Assembly: GCF_009834535.1 (NCBI RefSeq)
Contig: NC_045707.1
Span: 56,918,001-56,982,000 of the forward strand
DNA: 64,000 nt
Reading direction: 5' to 3'
From: Camelus ferus
Lineage: Eukaryota
Part shown: positions 26,141 through 39,466 of the stretch, piece after piece
How positions within the stretch are numbered: position 1 is the stretch's first letter
How the letters are laid out: each line of letters starts with the position of its first letter
Notes under the pieces: model-generated
The model's input: the letters and a program-made list of their open reading frames with translations, nothing else
Databases searched by the model: none
Told to the model about the DNA's origin: nothing
Made by a program: the position numbers and the translations under genes

Positions 26141-29100
26141 TATAGTAACTTATATTAATTGAATGTGAAATATCTTTCTAAATAAATGTTTTATATGTTT
26201 AACTTAGAATCTTCTTACAGCAATCCCATTTCCCCATTTAACTGTTGAGAAAACTAACATAGTAAGTAACTTGCCCCAGGCCACACAGTTTATGAGTGAC
26301 ACATCAGGGAATCCACCCCTTGGCTTAACCACAGGCTATATATTTAAGAAATCACATCCCTTTGTCATTCACAAGCCATATGTGATACAAGGGATTGTAT
26401 TTAGGTAAGAGCAGAGTTTGTTCAGTTCCTGGTAATTCAGTCCCAATCTGCTCAGTGATTTATTTTGCATCAATTGTATGAAAAGTAATGTACTAGGTAT
26501 TTATTCTGATGTCACAGGTAAAAGCTGTGACCACTTATCACTGATACAGATAAATCTGGTCCTTGGCCCAAAAATATAAGTGAATGAGAAAAACCAAAGT
26601 ACTCACTAGAGTTGCTCTTAAATCCAACTGCTTCAAGTAATTAAGTTGAGGACATCCAAGTAAAAGCATCCTGATGTTGTGATTGTATGAAAAGTTCAAA
26701 AATTGTAGTGGGTATTTACGGAAACATTCAAACAAGTTTATTGTTTTATGTTTCCACACTGACAAAAAGTAGAAAAATGATGAAATAAAATTTGTTACTC
26801 TTCTCTGATCATAGGCAGGCAAGTTAAACTTAAAATAGCGTTCCTGCGATTATTTTAGCATATTCAAACTGACTGCTCAAATTTATCATGTTTTGGCAGA
26901 ATTATCTGAATTAATGGAAGGGTAAAGGAAAACTAGAAATATTAATATAGTCATTATTTCTTGATATCAGAGTAGAGAAGTTTCATTGTTGTTTTGAAAC
27001 TATTTCAACTGTTTCTGTGGCTGAAGATCTCAAAGGATTGTTTATATTATTAACAGTGTTTTGGAATGCAGCTGTCATATGACTTTGAAAAAGAAGTTAC
27101 GGTTTCAAGAGCTAGTCTTAATGTCCGTTATAGACAGTAACACTGTAATTTCATCTCATGGGTCAACAATTTAAAAAGACTTAGTTATCTTTAGTTCAAA
27201 TTAAAGACTGAATTTGAAACATTCCTTCCTATGCCCTTACTTTTGTTTTGAGCCAAAAGAGCCATGCCAAATAAATGTTCCAATACAATCAGACACCTGC
27301 CGTTACTTAAGAAAAGCTTCCCATTCCTGACAAACCTCTGTTTATGCAAGTTAACAAAACCCCTCCAAACAAATTTCCCCAATGTAGTAGAAAGTACAAT
27401 CCAGTTGAGAAAAGGAAGACCCTAGCAGTTGGAAGCAGATGAAGATACATGTGTGGGTGTGTGTGGGTTCATGTATCCATATTTATGTAAGTGCTATGAT
27501 AGTATATGATGAATACAATATAAGAGTGAATAAGAAAGGACATATGCCTTCCAAACAGCTGTTTCAGTGTGAGACTCAAACACGCACATCAGATACATAG
27601 GGGACCTAACAATATTTGAGACTAGAGGATATTGAGTAGACTAATGATAAAAGCAACCTGTGGGAAGGTTTTCATTTTCAGATTTTAGTATTGTGTTATG
27701 TGACCATACTACATAAGCTAAATTAGTTTACAGAGCAAAATGTACTACTTGAATGCCATATGTGATTGAAAATAATTGCACACAAGGTTATATAGAGTTT
27801 AGATCTAATAGAAAGATGTATAGTTTTAGAAATTTAGTTGAAAAATTCCCAAGGAGGCAATATATGTATATATGCATATATCATATGATGTATTTGTGTG
27901 TATACACATATAAGCTGTGATCATTTAAAGGGAATTCCAACATAGATTAATAGCCATTCACATAGTTCCTGCAATCCTTTGAGTAGTATATCAAAAATAG
28001 TGCCTTCTGCAAGATTTGTTAAACATGAGACTAAAGTTTGGCTCCCAAATAAGTTATACAGCTAGTAGATTGTAAGTGACATCTTAGATAAGTTCCTCTT
28101 TATTTTTCATTTGAAGCTTAAAAACCATAGATATATGCTAGATTAGAATATTTTTGGCCACATTCTCCAAGATAGATAATTTACAATCATTATTGCTTCC
28201 GCTCAGCAAGGAAGTTCCAAGCATCTATCATACAGAATATTTTCCTAGGCATTGAGGAATGTTCAGAATAAGTTAAATTGCTAAGCCCTTAAGGAGTCTG
28301 TTTTATATTAATAAAGCACAGTTGGTTTTATTGTTACATGGATGACAGTTCCTAATTGCACAAAATAGTACAGTTCAGCTGTTTTTAATCAAGAAGGCTT
28401 TAAGGCATGTAAGAAATCTCTAAAGTGAGCTTCCAGGCATAATTTCTAGGACCACATTTCTTAGCCTTGTAAGTTTTTCTTACACCCCAAGTCCCAGAAA
28501 CATGCAGCCTCTGCTATTCCCTGTGCCAGCAATGGACGCCTTATGCTCCCCATACAATTGGTCCTGCCCTGGTGGCTCTGGTTAGCTGACTCTTAAGTCA
28601 CATTTCTGCCACCTAGTGGTAGACATGGCTGAGAACTCTTTCTTGGCTCCTACATTAGGCAGGTGGCATTCAGAATGTGAGGACCTATCAAACATGGAGG
28701 GTATATTCAGAAGCTTTGGGGCAGCCAGAAATGGCAGTCTGCACTATTACCCAGATTTGATCACACCCTTTTTCATATTAAAATTCAAAATGCAGCAATA
28801 CTGATATGTATCTAGCCAACAACACAAATATACCTCTTAGACAAAAATAAAATCACCTTTTCTCAAAAAAGAAGGCTTATGATCTCTAGTTGCTGCGTCC
28901 AGCCTCATGTATAGGGTTCTCCAGGGTGTACATTCTTGCTCTCATTAAATCTCATTCTTCTCTTAATATTCTGTAACCTATGGACTACTTTAAATGTTCA
29001 TCAGAATCAACATACCCAATATAAAACAGAGTAAAAGGGTAAAAATGTAAGAAGAAAAATGGGAAAATAATTTAATATATATTATGTATATGTTACAATA

Positions 29101-29934
29101 AAAATAGAAAGATCCTCTTTTCTCCAACTAACTAGTCAAAAAGTCCTACTGGCAGTTATAAATTCCAGTTCTAAACCTCGATCCCTGGACCTATGTATGC
29201 AGACGGATATATATTCTGAGAGAAACTGAACCTTACTTTCATCACTAATTCTGAGTGTATACTAATGCCGGGATGATAGCACCCCAACCTAGCAATGTGT
29301 TAGCTCTCTGCTTTATTTAAAACAGATTCTTCCTGGGATCATCTAGCCATTCTATAGGATCAGCTGCTTCTGATTGATGCGATAGCTTGGTGAAACCAGG
29401 GCCAGGAGCATCAGTCGACTTCATTACTTCTTTCACTGTAACTTGAGTTTGGGGGGGCAGAAGTCATGTTGTGTATGATAACAAGACTATAAGTGAAAAT
29501 CTAGTAGGATGGTGTCACTGGTACAAGCATAGCCATTAGGGAAGGCAAGTCCATTATCCAGAAAAAAGTATTTATTACTGAAAGAAAAGACAGCTGACTC
29601 CACTTTGATGGAACGGATTTGATATAATCTGCTTGCTGAAGATGGATAGTTGGTTTCCAGGTGTATTGTACTATGTCAGCGGTTTAAGGTTGATGGCCAT
29701 TCAGCTGTAGTGGTAATCCTAGCAGCTTTAATGATGAGAAGCCCATTTGTTCAGGTCAATGAATAACTCCTATAAGATAAATATTTTTTTTTCTTACCAG
29801 ATTATTGAAAGCCTTTACACCAGTGAGTACCAAAGAAATAGTCCTAGCTTAGAGCTAATATCCAAGAAATTTTGGTATTCTCTTTTCCTTAGTTGTTACC
29901 ATGCTACATGGTTGCAGTTCCCTTTAGGGAACAT

Positions 29935-30925
29935 TTTCTGATTATTGCTTCATAACAAACCACCCCAAAATTTAAAGGCACAAATAATATTTTACTATAC
30001 TCCTAGTTCTGTGGGTCAGGGATTCAGAAAGGGTACAATGGTGACAGCCCTTCTCTGCTCCATAAGTCAGCTGGGATGACTTAATGGCTAGTGACAGTGA
30101 CGTACTGGTAAATGATTTCTCTTTATCAGAAAAAGAAAAAAGCACTGAAATATGGTGTTTGTCAATTTCAATGGTGTAAATACTCCCACGGTAGCTTATT
30201 TCAAGCTACCAACATGATGTCACTGAATGCAGAGTTGAAAAAATATACACAGTAGTGAACCATTATGTAGTGTTTCTATCATTCAAATACAATTGAGCAT
30301 ACAACACTGTGGGCACAGGTAATAGTAAAATACAGTAAGATAATTAGGAAGTGATACATTGTGAGTGTTTACTACTTTTTAAAAATGTCCTATTTAATTA
30401 CAAGCTTACGTACTTTAAGCTTTAGCAATGACTGTTTAACTACCAGCTCACATGATTTCTGAAAATTAACAGTCATCTCCCACGGGATGGTATGGGCCAG
30501 CTTTAGCATGTGACTCGCAGGTGGTGACTCAAATATCTGGAGGCTGAAAGATCTACTTGTGAGATGACTTTGTTACTCTCATGTCTGGCACCTGGGCTGG
30601 GGTGGCTGAAGGACAGGCAGGTTCAACTGGGACTTTACATCCCAGAGCCTTCATATGACCTCCCTGGCACAGTGGTCTCAGAGCAGTGGGTTTTTACAGT
30701 CATGGCTCAGGGATCCAAGAGCAAGTGTTCCAGTGAACTAGATGGAAACTGCATTGCCCTTTAGGATCTAGATTCAAATATCACAGATTGTGACTTCCAT
30801 CATACTGTGTTGGTCAAAACAGCCACAGGCGTACCAGTTCAAGAGGAGGGAACATGGACTCCACCTCTCACTAGCAGGAGTGCCAAAGAAATTGGGCCTT
30901 TTTTTTTTTTTTTTTAAATCATCAC
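29935..30925 (-). mobile_element. MaLR LTR (MLT1G/H-like) interrupted by MER63
   Basis: attgcttcataacaaaccaccccaaaa, tctgtgggtcagggattc, atggactccacctctc...aaatcatcac. Confidence 0.75.
30095..30516 (+). mobile_element. MER63-like hAT-Blackjack DNA transposon
   Basis: cagtgacgtactggtaaatg...ggtgtaaatactcccac...tttcaagctaccaacatgatgtcactgaa...gccagctttagca. Flanks gctagtga/gcaggtgg match 5/8, a possible decayed TSD. Confidence 0.75.
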
Positions 30926-32589
30926 GAATAGATATAATAAAGAGTTACAGCAGCTACTTGTGTTTTTCCCCCCCCCAAAAAATATACAACCTCACCTTAT
31001 TTAAACTGTAAAGTGACTTGGGTATGAGATTTGGAGAAGGCCAAGACACTTTGTCAGTTGACTCAAGTCTGGACTCAGCCCTCCAGACACAGAGCTACTA
31101 TAACTAATAATTAATTATGAATATGATCACTTTATTAATACAGTCTGGTCCTCACTGGCCTGTTAGGGATTCTATGACGAATTACCATCACCAAAGATGC
31201 CAGTGGATCCAACCATTCTGCCTGTTACAGTAACCTCACTTACTGTATCCCAGGTGATTACGTATCGTTACTTGGCCTCTGCTATTGCCGGATTCTGTCA
31301 TCTGCGGGGGAATCTAAGAGTCCATTTTAGGACCAGCATCTCTCATTTTTCATCCCTTGACAGTACAGAGCTACTGCTATGGGGACTTCATAGGTTCTGG
31401 GCTCTCTTCCTACTAGTCTATTTCTTAATGGCTGAGTGAAAATAGCGTCATTCTCATCTCAAAGGAAATGGTTAAACGGTAGGCAAAATTCTCCATTTTT
31501 GACTCCAGAAATCCTTAGTTTCTTTCTTCTACCTTATACCCAAGTAATTTCTGGATTCTCATCTTCACATATTCTAATACAGCCTCATTTTAGGCCACCA
31601 TTGACTTCCTTTTTTAGTTAGCCAGGGGAGCAAACGATTACAACCACTCCTAGTTGCTTGACATCAAAGTGGAATCCATATTCTCTGATAAATATAGTCA
31701 GACTTACTATTTTAACCAGACTGAATTTTTTGCTTCTCCCTTCTTGTTCCAGTGCAATTATAGTAGCATCTATTTCTACATGTATTTCCAGATTTCTGAG
31801 ATTGCAATTTAGCAAAATCATACAAGTCTTGATTTAGGTTAGACTTTGTAATTCATCCCTTGGTGTTCCAGGTAGAAGCCTAGAGGCAAGAAAGGGTTTC
31901 AAGGGAGGGACATGAGAAGCAGCAGCTTTGTTTTACAAGGTAGCTTGCTTTAAGTGCAGTCATTACATAGTCAGCAAGACAAACAAGATGAGGCTCTTCA
32001 GTGAAGCAGTGAAGATTTGGTGGGTAAGGGTAACTCAGACTTATCTGAATCCTTCTAAATGTCCTTTTTCTAGTCCTTGGGGTGCCTTTTTATTTTCAGA
32101 GTAGTGCCAAGATTTCCACATAAGACACCTAAAAAGGCTCTGAGTTCATCCTACATTGTAATTCAATGACCTCTCCTAGATCAGGCTCTTCATCTTCTTT
32201 CTGTTATGTCTTAAAGCCTCAATAAGAGGCTGTTATGAGCAGCCATAGCCACTCTTGGGTTCTCCAAGCCTTGCCCTAAAATTTAAAACCTTAAGCTTGT
32301 CATTTTCTTTCTTTAAATTCCTCAATGCAGTTCAAAGCTTCCAGCTGACCTCATTGTCCTTCTATTCTTCCTGCCCTTCAAAATGGTCTGTGGTAGCTAT
32401 GACTCAGTCCATCAAAGCCTTGCTTTCAGAGGCACCCCATTTCAGGAGAACTCAGGGGGCCATTTAAGTAACTACGTCGCCTTTATGTACCATGGAAGAC
32501 AATGCCTCTTCTTTTAATGTTAATCTAATTGTTACTTTGTCAAATCTATCCGGGTCAGATATTCTGGATTCCTGTTTGTTTGAAACAAA

Positions 32590-33720
32590 AGAAAGCTCTT
32601 CCTTTCCTCATGGACCTTACATTATTTTTGGGAGACAGACTATAAATAAGATAAATGAATAAAATAAATAGTACATTAGATACAGACAAATGCTAAGGAG
32701 GAAAAACAAACTGGAAAGGGGATATTTAGTGCAGGTGGTGACCAGGAAAAGCCTTGTTGAAAGGTGAGATTTGAGGAAAACTATGAAAGAGATGGTAGAA
32801 TGAGATGGTCATGCAGTTATTGGGAAGAGAATGTTTTAGGGGAAAAAAATCACAAGCACAGAGTCCCTGATGTGAGATCATAGATGATGGATATGTTAAT
32901 AAAACATAGCAAAACTGCAAAGAAGCCAAATCAGCTAGACTGGAATGAGCAAGAAGAATAAAAGATGAGTTCAGAGAATTTAGATCCCTTTTGTACTTGT
33001 AAGGACTCTGGTTTTTACTTGAGCCAAATAAGAAGACCTTGAGGATTTCAGCAGAGGGATGGATGACCTAACTTACATTTTAACTTAGTGTTTTAGAAAT
33101 AGCCTGATAGGAGGATGAAAGCAGGAGGACTAGTTAAGAAGCAATTGTAATAATTCAGGGGAGATGTTGGGTCTTGGACCCAGGTGGTAGAAGTGGATAT
33201 AGTGGCAGGTGGTCAGAGTCTAGAAGTTGTAAGAATATGGAAAGGACTAATTTTAGAGAATGAACTATAAAATTTTAGATGGGTAAGAAGAAAGTGAGGG
33301 AATGAATATGGTGAAAGGCAGTAATAAATTCAATGATAAAGAGATTGAGGGTGCAAGTATCTTTACAGTTTGAGCATTTAAATATCTTAACTAAACTGTA
33401 ATGATTTGTGAGTTACATAATAAAAACTCAATTATGGAAGAGTTGCATTTATTGATAACAGTAGTGTCTATAGTGAAACCATAACTGTGAGTTACTGAAA
33501 TAGAGTAGAAATTGAGACCATGGAAGAACACAGTCTAGAAATTTAGATTCCAGCATGCTGGAAAAATCATCTAAACGAGTAATAAAAATCACCAAAAATT
33601 ATGGCTGGGGTAGCATTGAAAAGAGTGACAATGGTCTAGTTGCTAACATACTCAGGGAGCAATGGAGAGTGACCCAGAGCATGGCAGAGGACCATTATGA
33701 GGAAAGGTAGCAGTACGTAT
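32590..33720 (-). mobile_element. LINE-2 fragment(s)
   Basis: cctcatggaccttacatt...ggagacagac...aaggtgagatttgag...gcaattgtaataattcagg, purine-rich. Confidence 0.65.
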
Positions 33721-34499
33721 GACTGGATGTGCTGAGTGTCACAGCGTCTTTAGTTGCCAGTAACAGAATTCACTCACTTAATGGATATTAAGAAATTCTT
33801 ACCTAAAACAGTCTGTCGCCTAACCTTGCAGAAGAAAATTTTATAACTTCATTACAAAGCTGATAAGGGGATTGTTTCCCCTTTTTCATATAAAATCATG
33901 ATTCTTTTGCCACCTTCCCTTGAGCAAAATAGATGCCTTCACCAACTTATTTATATGGCTTATAACGTATTTATACCATTCATGTCTTGCATGTGTGTAA
34001 TTAATAGAACATACATGGCACCAAACACTGAGAATTATAGTATTTTGTACTCTATGTAGGGAAGGTGAGATGAACATTGTGAGAAACTTGCCAAATGTAA
34101 ACAGTGTGATCAAAAGATTTAGGTAGTCTCCAATAACAGATGTCCTTTATGGCTTCACTATAGTACTCACACTGTATTTCTTTCCTGGAGGATACAGATT
34201 ATGTCTCATACAAATTTGTTTCCTACCCAGTGCCATGCAATATTAGATGCTCAAATAGTTACTAGATTACTGTATAAATCAAGATATCTGTAATTTATAG
34301 TTAGAGAAGCCAGTTTACATTGCATTATAAGTCTTGTTTCTTTGTAAGTGTATCATCTATCTAAAACATACATATATACATAGCAATGTTGATTAGCTTA
34401 AGCTTTTAGGAAATAATGCCAGTTAACCATGGCTGCAGATTTAGCTTTGATATAGGCCAGAATGTACAATGGATAATTTACCTCATTTATCATTTTTTC

Positions 34500-34995
34500 C
34501 CCGATTCGTCCAACAAATATTTTTGCATGTGTATAGATGCTAGGAACTGGGCCAACACCCAAATACAGTGACAATCAAGACAGATACTGTGCGTATCTTC
34601 ATGGAGCTTATATTTCAGTGAAGAAATGTAATGAAATTTAGTAAAACTATTTTTAAGAAATTACACATCATGACATGATATGAAGAGATGAAGCAAGAGA
34701 ATGAAATAGAGAATTATGAGGCCTTAGAAGATGAGAGACCCACTTGACATAGAATAGTAAGCAAATGCTTTCCTGAAAAGGTGATACTTAAACTGTGACT
34801 TAAAGTAATAGAAAGAACTGAGCAAATAAAGAGCCAAAGGAAGGGTATTCCAGGCAGAGCGTACAGCATATCCAAAGGCTTGGCGTATGAGGAACTGAAA
34901 GTAGGCTGGTGTGATTAGAGCAGAGTTTGCCAGAGAAAGACTTAATACCAGATAATGTTGGAAAAATAGGGTTAAGTTCATGCAAAGCTCCATAA
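34500..34995 (-). mobile_element. LINE-2 3' fragment
   Basis: caacaaatatttt...ttcatggagcttatatt...gggtattccaggcagag...aggaactgaaag. Confidence 0.6.
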
Positions 34996-34997
34996 CC

Positions 34998-35020
34998 TAT
35001 ATATATATATATATATATAT
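34998..35020. repeat. (TA)n microsatellite
   Basis: Direct read. Confidence 0.95.
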
Positions 35021-36425
35021 GAAATAGCATCATTTAATAAATGTATACATGTATCTATAGAATTCAAGATAGTAGAATATTGTGAATATAATCAGATTAA
35101 TAAAGAAAAGCTCTTTGAAAATATTAATGGTATCATCTTCATACTGAAGAACTATTAGTATTATTCTGATCCTTAAATATAACTCCTACCTACTGATCTA
35201 CATACCTTTAGAATCTCAGATATTTAGTCTTTTGTGCTAAAAGCATGGCAGTTTTCTGACAGTTTAAACCATAATTAGTGACAGCGAATGAATAAAAATT
35301 AACTTAAGTGCTAACAAACGTGATACTAATATGTGACACTGAAATTAACAGTGGCATTGTGAAAACCAAAATTTTTCATACGCTTTGGGAAAAATCTTGA
35401 AAGAATACTATTTCTTTACTTCTTTATATCTTATATCTGCATTTTCTTCTTTTGTTTCAGTAACTTCTGCTTATTTTCCAAGACATTATTTGTCAGCCTA
35501 TTGTTTTATTAGTCTTCTAAAAATCTTTCCTTTTATTAGTCTTATATTGATCTTCAGTAGTAAAATTTTAATAACTGATAAGTTTTTTATTTTCTTTTCA
35601 TATATCCTTGCTTTAGTGGCAGAACTGCCTTATAAAATGAGACAAAGGTGAAACTCCCAATTCACAAAACATTTAAAAGCAAAATTTGTCTGGGAAACGT
35701 CAGAGCATAGACTCTGAAGCAGACTGAAACATTGTTCATTGGATGTTTCCTTAACCTCTATCATGGCACCAGAGGCTACTCTGGGCAAATGTAGGTTTCA
35801 GAGACTTTAAAAATTATGTTCTATAACCTCTTTTCCTAAAATGACTATTGCTAGTCTCAGTTATTATATTCCAGTTGGTTGCACATATTTTTCTATTATG
35901 TAATCTAAGAATTAATTGTGAATAAAATAATTAGTTACTGCTATAATTGCTATAGCAACATGTGACTATCACTATAAACATATTTAAAGCAACATGATGA
36001 CTATGCACATTTCCTTCTATTTAAAATTTTTAAATGATCAAATATAAATGAAATTAATTTTGACTTTCAGTGCTATTCTCTTAATGAAATCATCATGCCT
36101 TGTACAATGTTCTTCAGAAATTATCCCTATTGGATCGTACGTATTATGTTGTATTATAGTTCTCTTCAATCCAAACTGAAATGATTAAATCTTCAAAAAG
36201 AATGTGTGTAATTTACATTATATTTTATATCATTCAATTGTTATGTGATAGAAATGCAGTGTACTTCTAATACAGCTCATGCATTAAGGTTTGTGTTTCA
36301 TTGATGCTACCCGTAGTGTAATGAGGTTATCATTAAATACTATGTAAACCTGCAATCTACTAAGATCGAAGTCATCTATATGTATTAGTGACATGTATCC
36401 ATAAAATAATTACAGTTTCTATTAA

Positions 36426-36668
<243 letters not shown>

Positions 36669-39441
36669 TAATTACTGACAAATGAAGGTATAGTATTTAC
36701 AAAAGATTTCAAGCTTAACTGTACTTTTGTCATTAGCATCAAGCTCCTTGTCTTCATCCGTGACTCAGCTGACTTCTGAAGTAAGTTAGTTCAGAGGGAC
36801 ACATTTGAGTTACAGGAAAAATCATTTTTAAAAATGCAACTGGACTGTTGCATGTATGTTGGTACTATGCATAAACATGATCTTTTTTAATACCATTAAA
36901 TCTATGGTTAATCAAGACTTCTATTATGACATATTATAGTCCTAGTCCAGATGGCTATCTGAAATTTAATATTATCATTCAACCTTTCTCTCTCCTTCTC
37001 TCTCCTTTTCTCTGCCCACCCTACAGTCTCTCTTCTCCCTACCCCTCTGAAGTGCATGGCTACACATACCAACATAGGACACTGCTAATGGACAATTAAA
37101 CATATCTTGAAGTGTATATTGGATGTACTTTATCTTTAGAGATTTCTGTTAGAGTCATACAATTTTATTCTGGGGGTTTCTAATATCTTAGCTTTGAGCA
37201 CACATTTTTAAGAGTCTCTGCATGTAGCAGCATAAGATATTAGTAGGAAAATCTGCTTTAGGCTTTTTAAAAGTAACTGTAAGTTTCTCTTAGCTGTTAC
37301 TCAAATAAGTTCTACGGACATAAATAAGCCAATATGAGTACAATATCCTTTGGAGATTAGAAAAGCTTATGACATGATTTCAATTTTGTGAAATTTCAAA
37401 GAATGAATTTTTTAAAATTAATAAAGCTCTAGGATTTTCTAGAGTGGGAATTGGGGCACTTCGTTGTAAAGTATCTGACAAGTTAGGAGCATTAAAGTCC
37501 AAACTAGAGAGTATTACTCAGTTATATATAGGTTTTGAGCATACAGACACTTCTGCTCTATTTAATATTTATATACATATTTATTTTTATCATTGGTCTT
37601 TCAGATGTTCTCAGCACAGGGGATTATGTGGTGTGTGTGCATAAGGATAAGTATAATTCTGTCTTCTAAATTATTAAGAGGAAATTGTATCTTATTTTTA
37701 ATTTTAGCATGAGAAGAAATTAGTTTATGAGTAATTTTGAATAAAACAGAAATGGATATCTTATAAAAATTCCTGATAAATATAATATCAACTAATATCA
37801 AGTATCAAATAACAATTTAATATATCTAATGTTTATTTTCACGTTATATTCCCTTTCTTATTATAAAAATGCATTACAAAGAATTTGTAAGACTTTATAT
37901 AGTATCTGTTATATGTCAGACTCCTTGGCAGATGTTTGGCACAGGAAGATAAATAAGACATTCTCCTCACAAATGTGGAGTTCATAGTTAATGTTGGAGT
38001 TTACATGTCAATAACAGAGAATGTTGAGAGTCACAAAAAAAGTTGTAACTGATTTTGCTTGAAGAAGTGATGAGAAAGTCAATATTTCTTCACAAAGGGG
38101 GTAACGTTTGATCTGGGCATTAAAAAATGTGTAAGGGTTTTTTAAGCAGAGAAATAAAGATGCTCTAAGCAATATATCAATGTGTGAACTAACCCAGAGC
38201 TATAAAGAGAGCATGGCCTATTCAGAGAAGATTTAACAGTTCTGAATGACTTGAATGAGGAACTTGAGAATGTGTGATTTGGGATGTTCCCTTAGATACA
38301 TTCCCACATCACTTACATAAGGAATGCTTTTATGAAAAAAAAAAAAAAAGAATTAGAAGGCAATGAACAGCATTTAGGACAAATAACCTAATTGGGGTGA
38401 GTACATTTAAGAAGAAATGGTAGTATACATTTTAAAATCTAAAAGGGATTTACTATGTAGATGTTCAGTGAGCTTAGCATAACTAAATGAAGTACTTCAT
38501 ACTGTGACCCTAGGAGCAGTAATTGGACTTAATAACTCACGAGAAGTACCCTGGGCATTGGTGAGTCCAGGAGCAACTGAACTGATGATCAACTAAGTAA
38601 TACTAAACAGCCTGAAGGAAAACTAGTATAAGCTTGGATGCTGGAGTTAGACATGGACAAGTAACTTAATTTCTCTGTCTCTTTCCTCCACTTTGATTGA
38701 GGAGAATAGTAATACCTACCTCGCAGAGTTGCTTGATGTGCAAAGCTCCTAGCCAAAGATTAGCATATGGCAAATGCTCAGTAAATGTTAATGAATCTTA
38801 TAATTAATATCAATAAATTTCAGCCTTTGACAAAAAATTTCAAACTAAGTATAGATGTTGGTATCACTGTTGATCCACAGGCTTGTTTAAATTAGCATTT
38901 CATTTAGTTATTGAGGGGTTAATATGTGCCTAAGCACCTTCAAAAATAATTTTCCTAACCAAAAATAGCTCACAGCTTCTCATGGAGATCAGGAGAGGTG
39001 AAGAGACAGATATATAAACAAGTAATTACAATATTCTATTTTAAGTGCTATGGATATTATGTTAAAACATGTGGAAGATCAGAAGATGCAGCTAATCATA
39101 TTGAGGACAAGAAGCTACCAACTTTACCGCAGAAGGTTTGGAACATGTGAAAAGCTAAATAAAATGCAAAAGATCCATCATAGTTGCAGACCGTTACTAT
39201 GATTGGCAGTCTTCATCGTTGGAGACTTATTTACATGTCCACTGAGTTGTAGGATAGAATTTATACAATTAGCTAAGGCTAGCAGTAATTTTGACCTAAC
39301 TCTCCAATATGTTTACCAATTCTGTGGGCTGGAGGAAATGAGAAGTTATGCGTGTGTTTTTCAATCATTCAGATATCACTGAGTATTTTTAAAAGATATA
39401 TTGGACATGCATGGGAAATGTAACCAAAAACATGCTACATA

Positions 39442-39466
39442 TGTGTGTGTGTGTGTGTGTGTGTGT
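39442..39466. repeat. (TG)n microsatellite
   Basis: Direct read. Confidence 0.95.

Larger units (their letters stand above)
29150..32570 (-). mobile_element. Ancient ERVL/MaLR-type internal (gag/pol) fossil with nested insertions
   Basis: The minus strand from 32370 to 32281 reads EE*KDNEVSWKL*TALRNLKKENDKLKVLN, resembling ERVL gag. ORF 31618..31821 contains VEIDATIIALEQEG, resembling the ERVL pol N-terminus. Confidence 0.5.
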
